Shown in pieces: positions 13,581-24,115 of a DNA stretch of 64,000 bases (position 1 is its first letter; every line of letters begins with the position of its first letter). This stretch comes from Macrostomum lignano (lineage: Eukaryota): contig NIVC01000093.1 of NCBI GenBank assembly GCA_002269645.1, positions 1 through 64,000 of the forward strand, read 5' to 3'. A program made the position numbers and the translations under genes. The notes under the pieces were generated by a model. The model saw only the letters and a list, made by a program, of their open reading frames with translations. It was not told where the DNA came from and did no database searches.

Positions 13581-14770
13581 AGAATCAGTAGATGCTGAGA
13601 TGGTTACTGAATCCAGCCCTGAAGGCTTGGTTACCCAATTAGCTGAAATTTATGGAAATCTGTAGCTCTCAGTCACTCAGTCACGTCCAGCTGCATCCCA
13701 GAAACTTCTAGGAAAAATCCAGAGCTGGCCCCTAAACACCCCCCTAGCGGTCCCTTCAACTATCAACTCTTCAAATGTAGAGGCCGACATTGCTGAAGGC
13801 ATGCTAAATAAAATATTTATAAGCCCTTGATGTCCAATTTGCTAACTCAAAGAAGACGAACTGTGAGTCCGGTGGAGAGGCATAAACGCGCTTTTCCTGG
13901 GCAAACAGTCTGTCAATCAATCAATGAGTCTAAACACTCAACTTCTCCATCTCTTTCCTACGGGTCCCAAGCATAGCTTCTAGCTTTGAAACTTTCTCAT
14001 TACCTAATAATGACTGACTTTAAATAAAGTCTCATTTCTATACATCTCGGCAGTGAAATTTCGTTAGATTTTATATCTGATTCTATCACTCTTAATGAAA
14101 GGAGTGATTTTATCTTTATATCTATCTACGAATGTAGATGGACTCTATCTTCGGATATATCCTCGAGTCTATCTTCATTTATATCATTATTTCTATTTTC
14201 GATTACAGCTTTGATCTTCTCTGATCTGTTTGAGAACCGACTTAATGAATCTTGTTTCCATAACAACAGCGTGGCCACCTACCTTCAATTAATTTTTAAT
14301 AAAAATTTGCTGCCACATTCATCCAGGGGTGACAGGATTGAGCCACTTGCAGGGGGGGGGCTTCTATGCGATGGATTGACGGTCAATGCAGCTGGACTGA
14401 AAGCGCCTCATCCGGGGCCCAAAAATCCCAGCACATGGGACATGTGCCCACACACAGGCATTCATTGGTGGGCATTTTTATTGGGAACGTCACGCCTGAG
14501 CTGCGGAGTCGCATTTCCCTTCAATTAAAAAGGGCATCGCCAGACTCCACATGACCCGATCAGGGGGTCGCGAGCGAATGAGCGGTTAATGACAGTTGCA
14601 GGGAGACAGAGACAAGCACTGAGCTTAAAATCAAACTGAGACCAAGTGTATGAAAAAGAGTTTGTTTCTTATAATCAATCAAGCAGTCAGTTAATCAAGT
14701 AATAAATCAAGGAAATTTCAGATAGTTAAAACGAGTTGATATATTACTGAAACGACCAATTGATCCATCG

Positions 14771-14914
<144 letters not shown>

Positions 14915-14967
14915 GTTAAAATGATGTACAAACCAATCAAAGAATTCTCCCCATCAATTCACTACAG

Positions 14968-16290
14968 CGCAGTCTGTTCAGCCAGCCGAAGGTGAGCCGA
15001 GTCTACCCAGAGTCCAACGCCGCGCACGAAGCATCGTCTACCGCAGTCAGTGGCGAACCCGACGCTTCAGCGGCGTCCGCGGCCTCCGAAGAAAGCGCCT
15101 ACCAGAGCGGCAGCTGCAGCCCAGACCAGGCGACAGCAACCGCACCAGATCCTGCTTCGTCGACAGCTGTTGCACCCGGAGGCACAGCACCTACAGCAGA
15201 AGACGCGGATGACGCCGAAGCCGCGGTACTGGCTGGTGGCAGCAGAAAGTGCGTACATTTCGATGCCGCCTCACCTTGTCGAAGCAGCAGCAGCGCCAGC
15301 AGCAGCTGTCACAGCGGCGGCGGTGGCGGCGGCAGCGGTGGCGCCTGCTGCACACTGGACCGCTGTCACATCGTGACCGTCAGCGAGCGGGTCGATCGTA
15401 CGGAGCGCGCGCCGAGCTTCGACTTGGCGTCGCATCGCGCCTCGTCCACCGGATCTGTCGGAGTTAGCCGACGGTTCAGCATTGCGGACGCAGCCGCCCT
15501 GCAGACGCCGTTGCCGCCAACGCAACAGCCAGAACTGGTGCTCAGTCCGGACGAAGAGCAGCAGATTCTCGAGGCCAGCGGTGAGGAATTTAAGGAGCGG
15601 CTAAAGCGACTCTTTGGAGTCCGGCACAGCATTGCCAGCCCGCAGCATCACCGCTATCATCATCACCATCACCACCATCAGCCGGACAGGGATTCCAGTC
15701 CAGATCTTAAACAGTCCTGGTCAAGTGTCGCTGGCGGCGCCGGCCAGTCTCAAGGCGTTCCAGGCGCCTCACTGGGCGGTCCCCGCGGCGGTCGGCGGCC
15801 CAGCCTAGCTGCTCGCCTCTTCAACAAGCTGCCATTCGTTCGCAAGAACGATCCAGATGGCGATGAGGACGACTCGGAGGATGCCGGCGGTTCAACTAGC
15901 GGCATTGGCGGTGGCGGCGGCGGTGCCAGCGGAGACTCGTCGACGCTTCGCTACTGCGAGGTTTGCGGCGAGTCCGACTGCGAACTTCACGGCAGCCTCA
16001 GCGACATGAACTGCTGTCGGAGGCACTTGACGCTGCTTGGCTGTTACCAGACCAAGGAGGATCGAGAACGGGCCCTAATGCTGGAGAACAACTCCGCGGC
16101 AAGAGTGACAACTTTGCTAGTTGTGTTGGTGTTTCTGGGCCTGATATTTGCATTAATCGCTTTGTCTGCTCTTAGCAGGAGCAGTAGTAGTAGCAGCAGC
16201 AGCAGCAGCAGCAGCAACAGCGGCAGCAGCAGCTCGGCTTCAACCTTCATTGCCACAACTACGGCCTCTTATGCAGCTACAACGACATGA
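14968..16290 (+). CDS. Probable terminal coding exon of an unknown low-complexity protein with one C-terminal transmembrane helix
   Basis: A GC-rich frame is open from the in-frame stop at 14917-14919 to TGA 16290, with no ATG near its 5' end. Candidate acceptor TCACTACAG|CGC at 14967/14968 is in frame. It contains a hydrophobic segment VTTLLVVLVFLGLIFALIALSAL, and AATAAA follows at ~16400. Confidence 0.7.
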   Translation, partial: RSLFSQPKVSRVYPESNAAHEASSTAVSGEPDASAASAASEESAYQSGSCSPDQATATAPDPASSTAVAPGGTAPTAEDADDAEAAVLAGGSRKCVHFDAASPCRSSSSASSSCHSGGGGGGSGGACCTLDRCHIVTVSERVDRTERAPSFDLASHRASSTGSVGVSRRFSIADAAALQTPLPPTQQPELVLSPDEEQQILEASGEEFKERLKRLFGVRHSIASPQHHRYHHHHHHHQPDRDSSPDLKQSWSSVAGGAGQSQGVPGASLGGPRGGRRPSLAARLFNKLPFVRKNDPDGDEDDSEDAGGSTSGIGGGGGGASGDSSTLRYCEVCGESDCELHGSLSDMNCCRRHLTLLGCYQTKEDRERALMLENNSAARVTTLLVVLVFLGLIFALIALSALSRSSSSSSSSSSSSNSGSSSSASTFIATTTASYAATTT

Positions 16291-17483
16291 CCCAGTTTGT
16301 GTTGATAAAATTATTTCACAATTTTAGCGTCGCATTGCGTTTATACCGATGTTTCGATTGATAATATGCGTGTACAATAGGTATTATTTATAACTTTGGC
16401 AATAAAAGTGCTCGTAAGTCGATACTGTAAATGCAAAATTAGCAAATAAAATGTTTGCTTTTAGCGTTTGATGATTCAAACATCAAACCGGTGAGAAGAT
16501 ACAGATAGAATACATTTTAAATCATATATACCGTACTACAAACTGTGACACAACTGATGAGTTTCATTGTTTTGCGGCTTTGCATGTGCTTTACTGAATA
16601 CAAATAGATTCCGAATTTTCAAAAAAATAAACAAGACTCTATATCCTATGAGAAACAAAGAGAATTGTTGGTACTCTGTACATTTCGTTAAAAATTGTAA
16701 TTTTGTTATATTTTCTTAACCAAGCTGCTTTGATACCGTTCGGTGCGATTATTTCAATTTGGCGGCAAACTTAATGATAAACTGAAACTGGTTTGATTTG
16801 ATTTAGAGCATAAGGCACTTATCAAAATTTCAGTAACTTGATCTAGACTTCGTAAAAAGAAGTGTCAATAACGAAGCAACTAATTTTAAAGAGCCACTCT
16901 TTTAAGCATGCTGATGACAGTGTAACAGGCGTGTTTTGTTTCTAAATATATCTAATTAATTATTTCTTCTGTTAAAATAATGATAACTCTTGCAAACAGA
17001 GTCACCTGAGCGTCTCTAGCTCTTTCAAGCTAGCGAGTGAGTGTAATTAATCTTCATTTTCTTCAGCTTCATCTAGCTATATCACACTTGTCCATGAATT
17101 AATTAGTAACTAATGAGATAGGTCTAATGAGTAATAAAAATTACATACAGAGTGTACGAATTCCACAATACCTGATGTACTTCTATACTAAAATATTGCT
17201 TGTGTGATTGAATTTACCGTCTTTCATGGATTATTTTTCTTTTTTACTAATAATGTTTACATAGATATTATTGCTTTGTTTAAATAATACAGAGAGAAAT
17301 CTTATTTGGTACGACTGTTATATTGTATTAAAACGTTTCTAATTTTTTTGTTTTTGTATAGTAGCCATGTCAGTATAGTGATTTAATCAACAAAAACACA
17401 CGTCAGCTTTGCAAAACAGAAGCGAGTATATATTAGTTTTTAAACCACTTTAAAGCTCACTTTCAGAGAGGTTATTGACATAG

Positions 17484-17753
17484 ATTTTATTTTGCGGGAT
17501 TTAATCGAACACTTTCCCGGACATATTGCAAGGATTATTGTATGTATCTAAATAAGCGAGCTTCTCTCTTCTCTTCCTTCGTGACTCGAGAAATTTCTTA
17601 ATGAAAATTTGTCTATGGTAAGAATGTGGGGGCTTCGCCCCCACACCCCCAGCAGGGGCTTCGCCCCCACACCCCCATCCCCAACTTCAACCATAGACAT
17701 ACAAGTATGGCTCCGGGATTTATCTGAATACATCCCGCCCCGCAAAATTAAAG
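17484..17753. mobile_element. Small foldback/MITE-like element with internal GGGGCTTCGCCCC hairpins
   Basis: Nested inverted repeats: TTTTGCGGG (17490)/CCCGCAAAA (17747), TCCCGGACATA/TATGGCTCCGGGA and TGTCTATGGT/ACCATAGACA. These surround two tandem GGGGCTTCGCCCCCACACCCCC units. Confidence 0.5.
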
Positions 17754-18959
17754 TAGTTTAAATAAGATATTCTATGGGTTTTTCGGTCGGTATTTCACTT
17801 AAATCTCTCACTCATACGTTTGGCAGAGAAACAATATAAAACCACGTATAAAAGCTTCTAAAAATATGTAGCAATTTCGTTGCTTTTCATGCTTCACAGG
17901 ACAAAAAAAGTGGTGAAAACAAAAGAGAAAAAAGCGCCGTTCTCACTTTAGCGACTCAAAATTCATGCCTTTGTCGGGAAACATTTTTGTCAAACTGTAT
18001 AGCTACTAGATTTTTGTTTTTCTAAACTGCAAGCCGAAACGCACTATCATACTCGTTGTAATTCTGGGTAGCTGCACTTGCATGTACATGTAGGTTCCTA
18101 TACAAATTTGCGAGGTAAAGTGTGAAACAGCTATCGCTTTTGTAGCTACCTTTAGCGCTAGAAACAATGCTATCACATCGCCTGAAATATTGTAGCATTA
18201 ACTTCGTATGAGTATCAGATCTTTCATTTTCAGTTTAACGCTAATTAATGCTTGAATCGTCAACGGAAAATTTCGTTAACGATGCCCAGTTCTGGTGAAG
18301 CAGTTTAGGCGTCATAAAATTAGGAGCTTTAAAATTTTAGGCGATGTGAAATTTAGGTAACTATTATGATACTGAAGATACTGAAAATGTCAAGATTCTC
18401 AACCGGCATTACGCGAAGATATTTGCTTGTGCGAAAAAAATACGATTTCCCACTAGCTACGAGTATGACTACTGTTGACACGCACGTAAGTAGTCGAATA
18501 GGAAAATCGCTATTATTGTATTAAACTTTAATATAATCTTTCATTAATCTTTCCGTACCGTTCCATGTATGCTCAGATAGAAATTGAGTTCATATGGGGG
18601 TATTTAATGCCACAGAGACGAAGGAATGAACATTCACGAACATCTAAGTAAAAATTGATCTATGTAGCTCGCAGCCTTTGTGTGTAATTTTGTTTGTATT
18701 GGACAGCTTGATGAGGACGCACCTTTTTTCAATCTTAAAACCGCACATTTGGCTTCGATGCGCTTTCCCCCTACTGTCAGTAGGCTAGCTTGGGATTTTC
18801 TCTCTATTCTCTCATCTAGGCTGAGTTCTATACTAACTTATGACATTACTATCAATTATGTTAGATACTCAATGTATTTACCTTAGGATTCTAATTTTGG
18901 ATTGTTTACGCATCTTTGAAGGTCAGACTGTCTGGGTCTGAGGCGGATTGACCTCTGAC

Positions 18960-20097
18960 TAGTGTTCCGCCGCCGCGAGTTTTGACCTCCGTAACCGTAA
19001 CCGTAGCCGTAAGAAAGAAGCAACTTCCGTAGCCGAATTTTTCCGTCATTACGGGCTAAAAAAGTCCGTAACCGTAATTTGCCGTAACCGTAGCCGTAAT
19101 GTATAACAAAAATTGATATTTTTGCATGAAAAGTAGGGCAGACAGAAAAGGACAGATAAAAAGGATAAAAGGATAGCAATAAAACCTACTTGTTGTTCGT
19201 TCATGCATTAATATTCATTTATTTTTTCGTAAATATAATATCTTTATCGAAGTATTCTATAGCATTGCTGTATGCAATTGTGTGCTTGGTGCCTTTTTCA
19301 GTTTTCTGTGTCGTGATTCTGTTTTGTTTCGCTACAATATGAATATATGACTGACGTGCCAAGGTCAATGTGTATGTTTAATATCATTAAATAAATATAT
19401 GAATTTGTTCAAATAAAACTGCTTCAAAATTTCCGATGACTAAGAAATTGCATGTTACATTTTTCATTTTCATTTTATTGCATTGTCTATTGTATTGTCT
19501 TCTTTGGTTTCAATCAATTTTCAATCATAATTCATATTCTTATCCTATTAGTATTTATTTAGTATTTCCTTATTAATATTCTTTCATCCTTATCCTCATA
19601 ATCTAAATCTAATATCCTATTTTTATGCTAAGGAGCTAAATGCTACATATGGCTAAGAAATAAGAATGCCAGATTCTTAGTCTCTTGTAGGCTTTGACTG
19701 GCTTTCTCTGTCTCGCTGCTATCATGCTATCGCTATGCTATGCTATGCCGTATGCCTAATGAGAAAATTCGTGAAAAAATTCGTTTTTCATTTTCCAGAA
19801 GTTTCGTAGATATTTAGAAACTTAACAAATGTAAAAAATAATAATAACTAGTAAAACAAAATGAAAACTGGTTGAAGTTGATATAAAAAAATTCTTTTAT
19901 AACACTAAACAGTTAAAAATAAATAATTTTTGTTACGGCTACCAATTACGGCAAGTCTAGAAAAATCTCCGTAATCCGTAACCGTAACCGTAAGCTCAAA
20001 ATATGTCCGTAACCGTAATCCGTAATGAAAATACGGCTTCAAAAGTGTCGTAGCCGTAATTTGCCGTAGCCGTAGCCGTAATTACGGCGGAACACTA
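18960..20097. mobile_element. Non-autonomous hAT-type DNA transposon (1138 bp)
   Basis: Perfect 13-bp TIRs TAGTGTTCCGCCG/CGGCGGAACACTA and a perfect 8-bp TSD CCTCTGAC (18952-18959, 20098-20105). Clustered subterminal CCGTAA/CCGTAG motifs at both ends; AT-rich non-coding interior. Confidence 0.92.
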
Positions 20098-20105
20098 CCT
20101 CTGAC

Positions 20106-22990
20106 AGTCTAGACAGGCGACACTAAGTCTGGGAGGAATGTTTTTAATCTCATTCTGACCCCCTGATTTGTGAATTTTTCACTATTTCAGTGATTTATGA
20201 CGGTCTAGCTGTCACTTTTGGCTCCAGCCTGTCTGGTTCAAAGAGGTCTTTCCAGCTTTCTCCCCACTCGCTCTGTTTCCTTCTCCTTTGATTTATAGGC
20301 GTTTATGCAGTCACTTTTGGCGCCAGGATGTCTAGACAAGTGACTTTTATTATGCTTTGCACATGATTTATGACCGCACCTGTCAACTTCCCTGGGGTCT
20401 GAAGGCCACCTGGTGGGGTGGGTTTTGGGGTCTTGAGCTCAGCCAATCAGAGACGACCTGACTGCCCCCGGCTCGTCGAATCGGAATCAGAAAATTTCCA
20501 ATCAGAAAATTCGGCGCGCGTTATAACAAATCGGCCGCATAAGAGCTATAAAAGGCGGCAACTCGACCCGCGCTCGAAAAGGCCTGCTTGGACCTCCCTT
20601 CTTGCACGGTCCTAACCTCGTCTTAGACGGCCCCTTCGGCATCTGCTGCGTCTTCGACGTTTGGTCCCTCTTCCCCCGGCAGTTCCGGCTTCAGCAGCTA
20701 AGTTCCCCCTGAGAAGCATCATCGATATTTCCCGGCAGTGATCTAAGAGCAGCAACGACAACCGGCAGGTGAAGAGTACCGGCGGCACTCGTCAGTTAAG
20801 ATCAGCAGCAGCATCCCATCCGATTCGGTCTCTGCGGATCTCTTGGCTACCGGCAGTTAGGTCCTCTGATTGGTTTGGTGAGAGGCTATCTTGACCTGCT
20901 TAACTGGGTGTGCCCTTTGTCTGACCCCTTCCTAGGTACTGAAGTATAGTTGGCTTCTTGCCTGTGGTTGTCTAGAAGTCTTCAATAGAATCGCTGCCAC
21001 CAGTGAAATGTCTCGCGTTTTGCACTTTGTCTCGGGCTGTCTCGGGCCTGTCTCGAAGTGGCCCGGTAGGTCTCCGGGCGCTGGGCGTTGACCTCTAGCT
21101 GCCGGTTTCTTAGAAACAATACTTGTAGCGTAGGTAGTGCTGCCACCAGCTTCGCAGAGCCGCAGCCTTCGGTGAGGTGCTGAGCTCGTAGAAGCAAATA
21201 ACTAAGACGAGAGAGAAAGTCAAGCACTTCGTGCAGATTTAGCAGTTCTCGAACAGAAGCGTCCACAGTCAGCAGTCCCTGCCGGGTTAGTGCAGGGTGA
21301 GAGCGATGGTGCTAGCTTCGGACGGTTTAAGCTGCCCTGCTAATAGATAGCAGGAGCAATTCGATGCAGACACGCGCAAAGTCGGGAGTCTTGGGAGTTC
21401 AAACTTAGGCTCAAACTTGGCACACAAACTTAGAGACTCTGACTGAGATAGAGAGGCAGAAAACGGGCTTGTCTGAACCAAGCCATGAGAGGGGCCGCAT
21501 TTATAGGGAGAATCGGTTGCACCATAGCACGAAAGACCTCCGCTGAGAGTCATGAGTGACTCTGTTGCTAATTTTAGCAAAAAACAAGCGGGCCCTGCCT
21601 CAGAGGAGGCAGGGGGTCCGGGCGCACGTAATCTCCCCATAAACACGAGCCCAGTGAACAATGATGAAATCATTGCACTTTGGACTAAAGAAGGAAGAGG
21701 GCCTTGTCATATGACTGGCTCACATGACAAGGGGAAAAGGCCCACAAGTGAAGGCACTCGTGACCGTGGGACCGGAAAACAGAATGGCACCCCAAATTTG
21801 GAGATGCCAAACAGAGAACGAAACAGAGGCAGGCCAGACCAAGCTGTCTGGGCACTGCAAAACGGGAACACGAGACAAAAGGGGGCAAACGAGGACAACA
21901 GACAGACAGGCAAACGGGCAGGGACAGGTCAGAGGACAGGCGGGAGACAGAAGCCTGGGGCGAGGGCGAGGGAGGCAGCTGACTAGTGCGGCGCTTAACT
22001 AAACTAGCGACTCACTACAGTAGTCTGATAGGATTTGCACTTTTGCTTGCTTGCTTTTTGTGTGCCAAACTCGAGGCAAAAGTTTCATATAATACTAAAA
22101 GTAGTCATTTTTCTCTGACTCGATCTAAGGTGTTTAGGATTGCGGATTAAGTGAGAAAGTTAAATCTGGAAGTTAAAGACTTAGCGTTTTCTTTCTTTTT
22201 CGCAATACCAGCTGAGATGAGTGGCTAGATCTAGAGGCAGAGGTCACAGTGGACCGGAAGCGGCACAGGTCTCAGTCAATCAGTCGATCTCGGAAATCAC
22301 GATAAAAGCATGTAAATTAAGTGCCAGACTGGCACTTTCGTGCAGTCTCAGGCAGCTAAGCGGCTAAACAAAGTTAAATATTAGACTAACGGTCTCCAAA
22401 AGTGACAATGCATCTACATCAACGCTATCTGTCGACGTGTTAACAAATTTAGTGCCAAAATCGTGCGGTTGCGTGTACTTATACATGAACTTCTGGGAAT
22501 TTGGTAATGAAATAGTACTTTTAGTAGTGTATGAAGGCTTGCCAGCGCAAGAACCCCCTGCAAAAGTCCTCTCTGTCCCTGCATGGCCAATGCGATCTTA
22601 GTCCCAGCAGCGTCCCTATTATTCGGCTATGACTTCGAGATAGACAGCTAAAAGACACTAGATGGCAGGTAAGTGCAGTGCCCCTCTAGTCGGAAGTCCG
22701 ATTTCGATAGCTCCGGTTTGGTGAGCCGGGGCGCACGGACTGGTGGCAGCGGGTTAGTTAATCTGCGGATTAGCTAATCTCTACCTTTCAAATTCTCCCT
22801 GCTTGTCTCTCGCTGTCTTCTCCTAGCCATAGGACCTTGCTGCTCGCCCACAATCTAGCTACCATGGGGCTGACCATCTGACAGGAGTGAGAGGCCAGAG
22901 TTCTAAGTGATTCATTTCTGAGTTCTGAGGCCCGAAGCTATTAGGCTTAAAAAGGCCGAACCCATCAAGTTATATTTATGAGTATTAAGT
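20106..22990. mobile_element. GC-richer retroelement-like island, degenerate or non-autonomous; no RT, IN or YR domain recognisable
   Basis: Compositional shift, the promoter cassette, short unassignable ORFs on both strands (20982-21266 -, 21287-21673 -, 21552-21986 +), and tRNA-Leu primer-binding-site-like motifs. No second LTR copy was found. Confidence 0.35.
20443..20555 (+). promoter_or_regulatory. Pol II promoter-like cassette (two CCAAT boxes + TATA box), LTR-U3-like
   Basis: CCAAT at 20443-20447 and 20498-20502 and TATAAAAGG at 20547-20555, followed by a GC-rich leader-like sequence. Confidence 0.45.
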
Positions 22991-24115
22991 AAGCAAATAT
23001 AAGAAGCGCTACAGTATGGCAGTGGCGCAACAGACTCAAAATGTTCTGCTATAGAAGTTTTTTACTATGTGTTATTGATGATGATGGCATGGAGACTGAC
23101 GCACTTGTAGCAAATCAAAATCGGCTTTAATATGTTTTTGTAGGAGGTCGGCATACTGTAGAGATTAGCTAGAATTTTCAAAATAATTCTGGTTAGTCAG
23201 CAAATGGTAGTTTGGCCCTGAGCTTGAATTTTAGATTTCTGTTTTAAATTTAAACGTAGCCGGAGCACTTTTTTAATCGCAAGCAACAAAAATAATGTGT
23301 TCAAAGTATTCAGGCAAAGTATTCAAAGTATTTTAACTATTTAGCGATATTAATTCAGAATAATTAGCTTTAAATAGATAAAACGACATTGATATAACTC
23401 CAAAATAACTTAATAATTTATACGTACGAGTTATATGTTGTCAAGAAATTGGTAGCTGAAGTAAAGGGACGCTAGCTACAATCGATTTTCCTAGAAATTT
23501 GGCTTGTTTTGAGTGTTGAATGGAGTAGCCATAGACAAAAAGCTGATTTATCTAGAGAGTACAATAAAAATACAAATTTCTTACAAAACCGAGTGCATAG
23601 CGTCCTGCTACGAGCGTACTTCAGCTGTCCATGAGTTGTAGGTTTAGCATATGAGAATAGACCACGTCATGATCATGTATCGACGAAAAGCATTATCAAT
23701 AAAATAAACACAGGTGACAGAGGAAAGACGTTTTAAAGATAGCTAACCCTTTTAAATATTTTGAGTTTTTGGTGCAAATCGAGTTAGAAGCAATATTATA
23801 ATTTTTATTTCCGTGGATTCCGTACATTTATTATTTATTATCCTTCAATGAGCAATATGCTCTGATGCCCAGTACCATGCAGGCTCAGGACAAGCGTAAA
23901 GAAATACGAGCGTATTAGATTTAAAAAAATGTGTTAGAATTTCGCAAATTTGCTTAACAGTTGATCCGGAAAAAAAACAAGTGTGAATTTATTCGTAGGT
24001 ATGAAAATATTGCGAGTTTAATGAGCTGCAAGATGAATGAGCTATAAAACACGTAAGCCAAAATAGAATCATTGGATGTATATTCTTTCATCCTGGGATC
24101 ATTGTTTAACGTACA

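Noticed and set aside
22656-22690. CTCF-like motifs (CACTAGATGGCAG plus strand, CTAGAGGGGCAC minus strand; also CCACCAGGTGGCC at 20404-20416)
   Set aside because: Short matches inside a TE-like island; without knowing whether this organism has CTCF and without a scored PWM scan they are not supportable.
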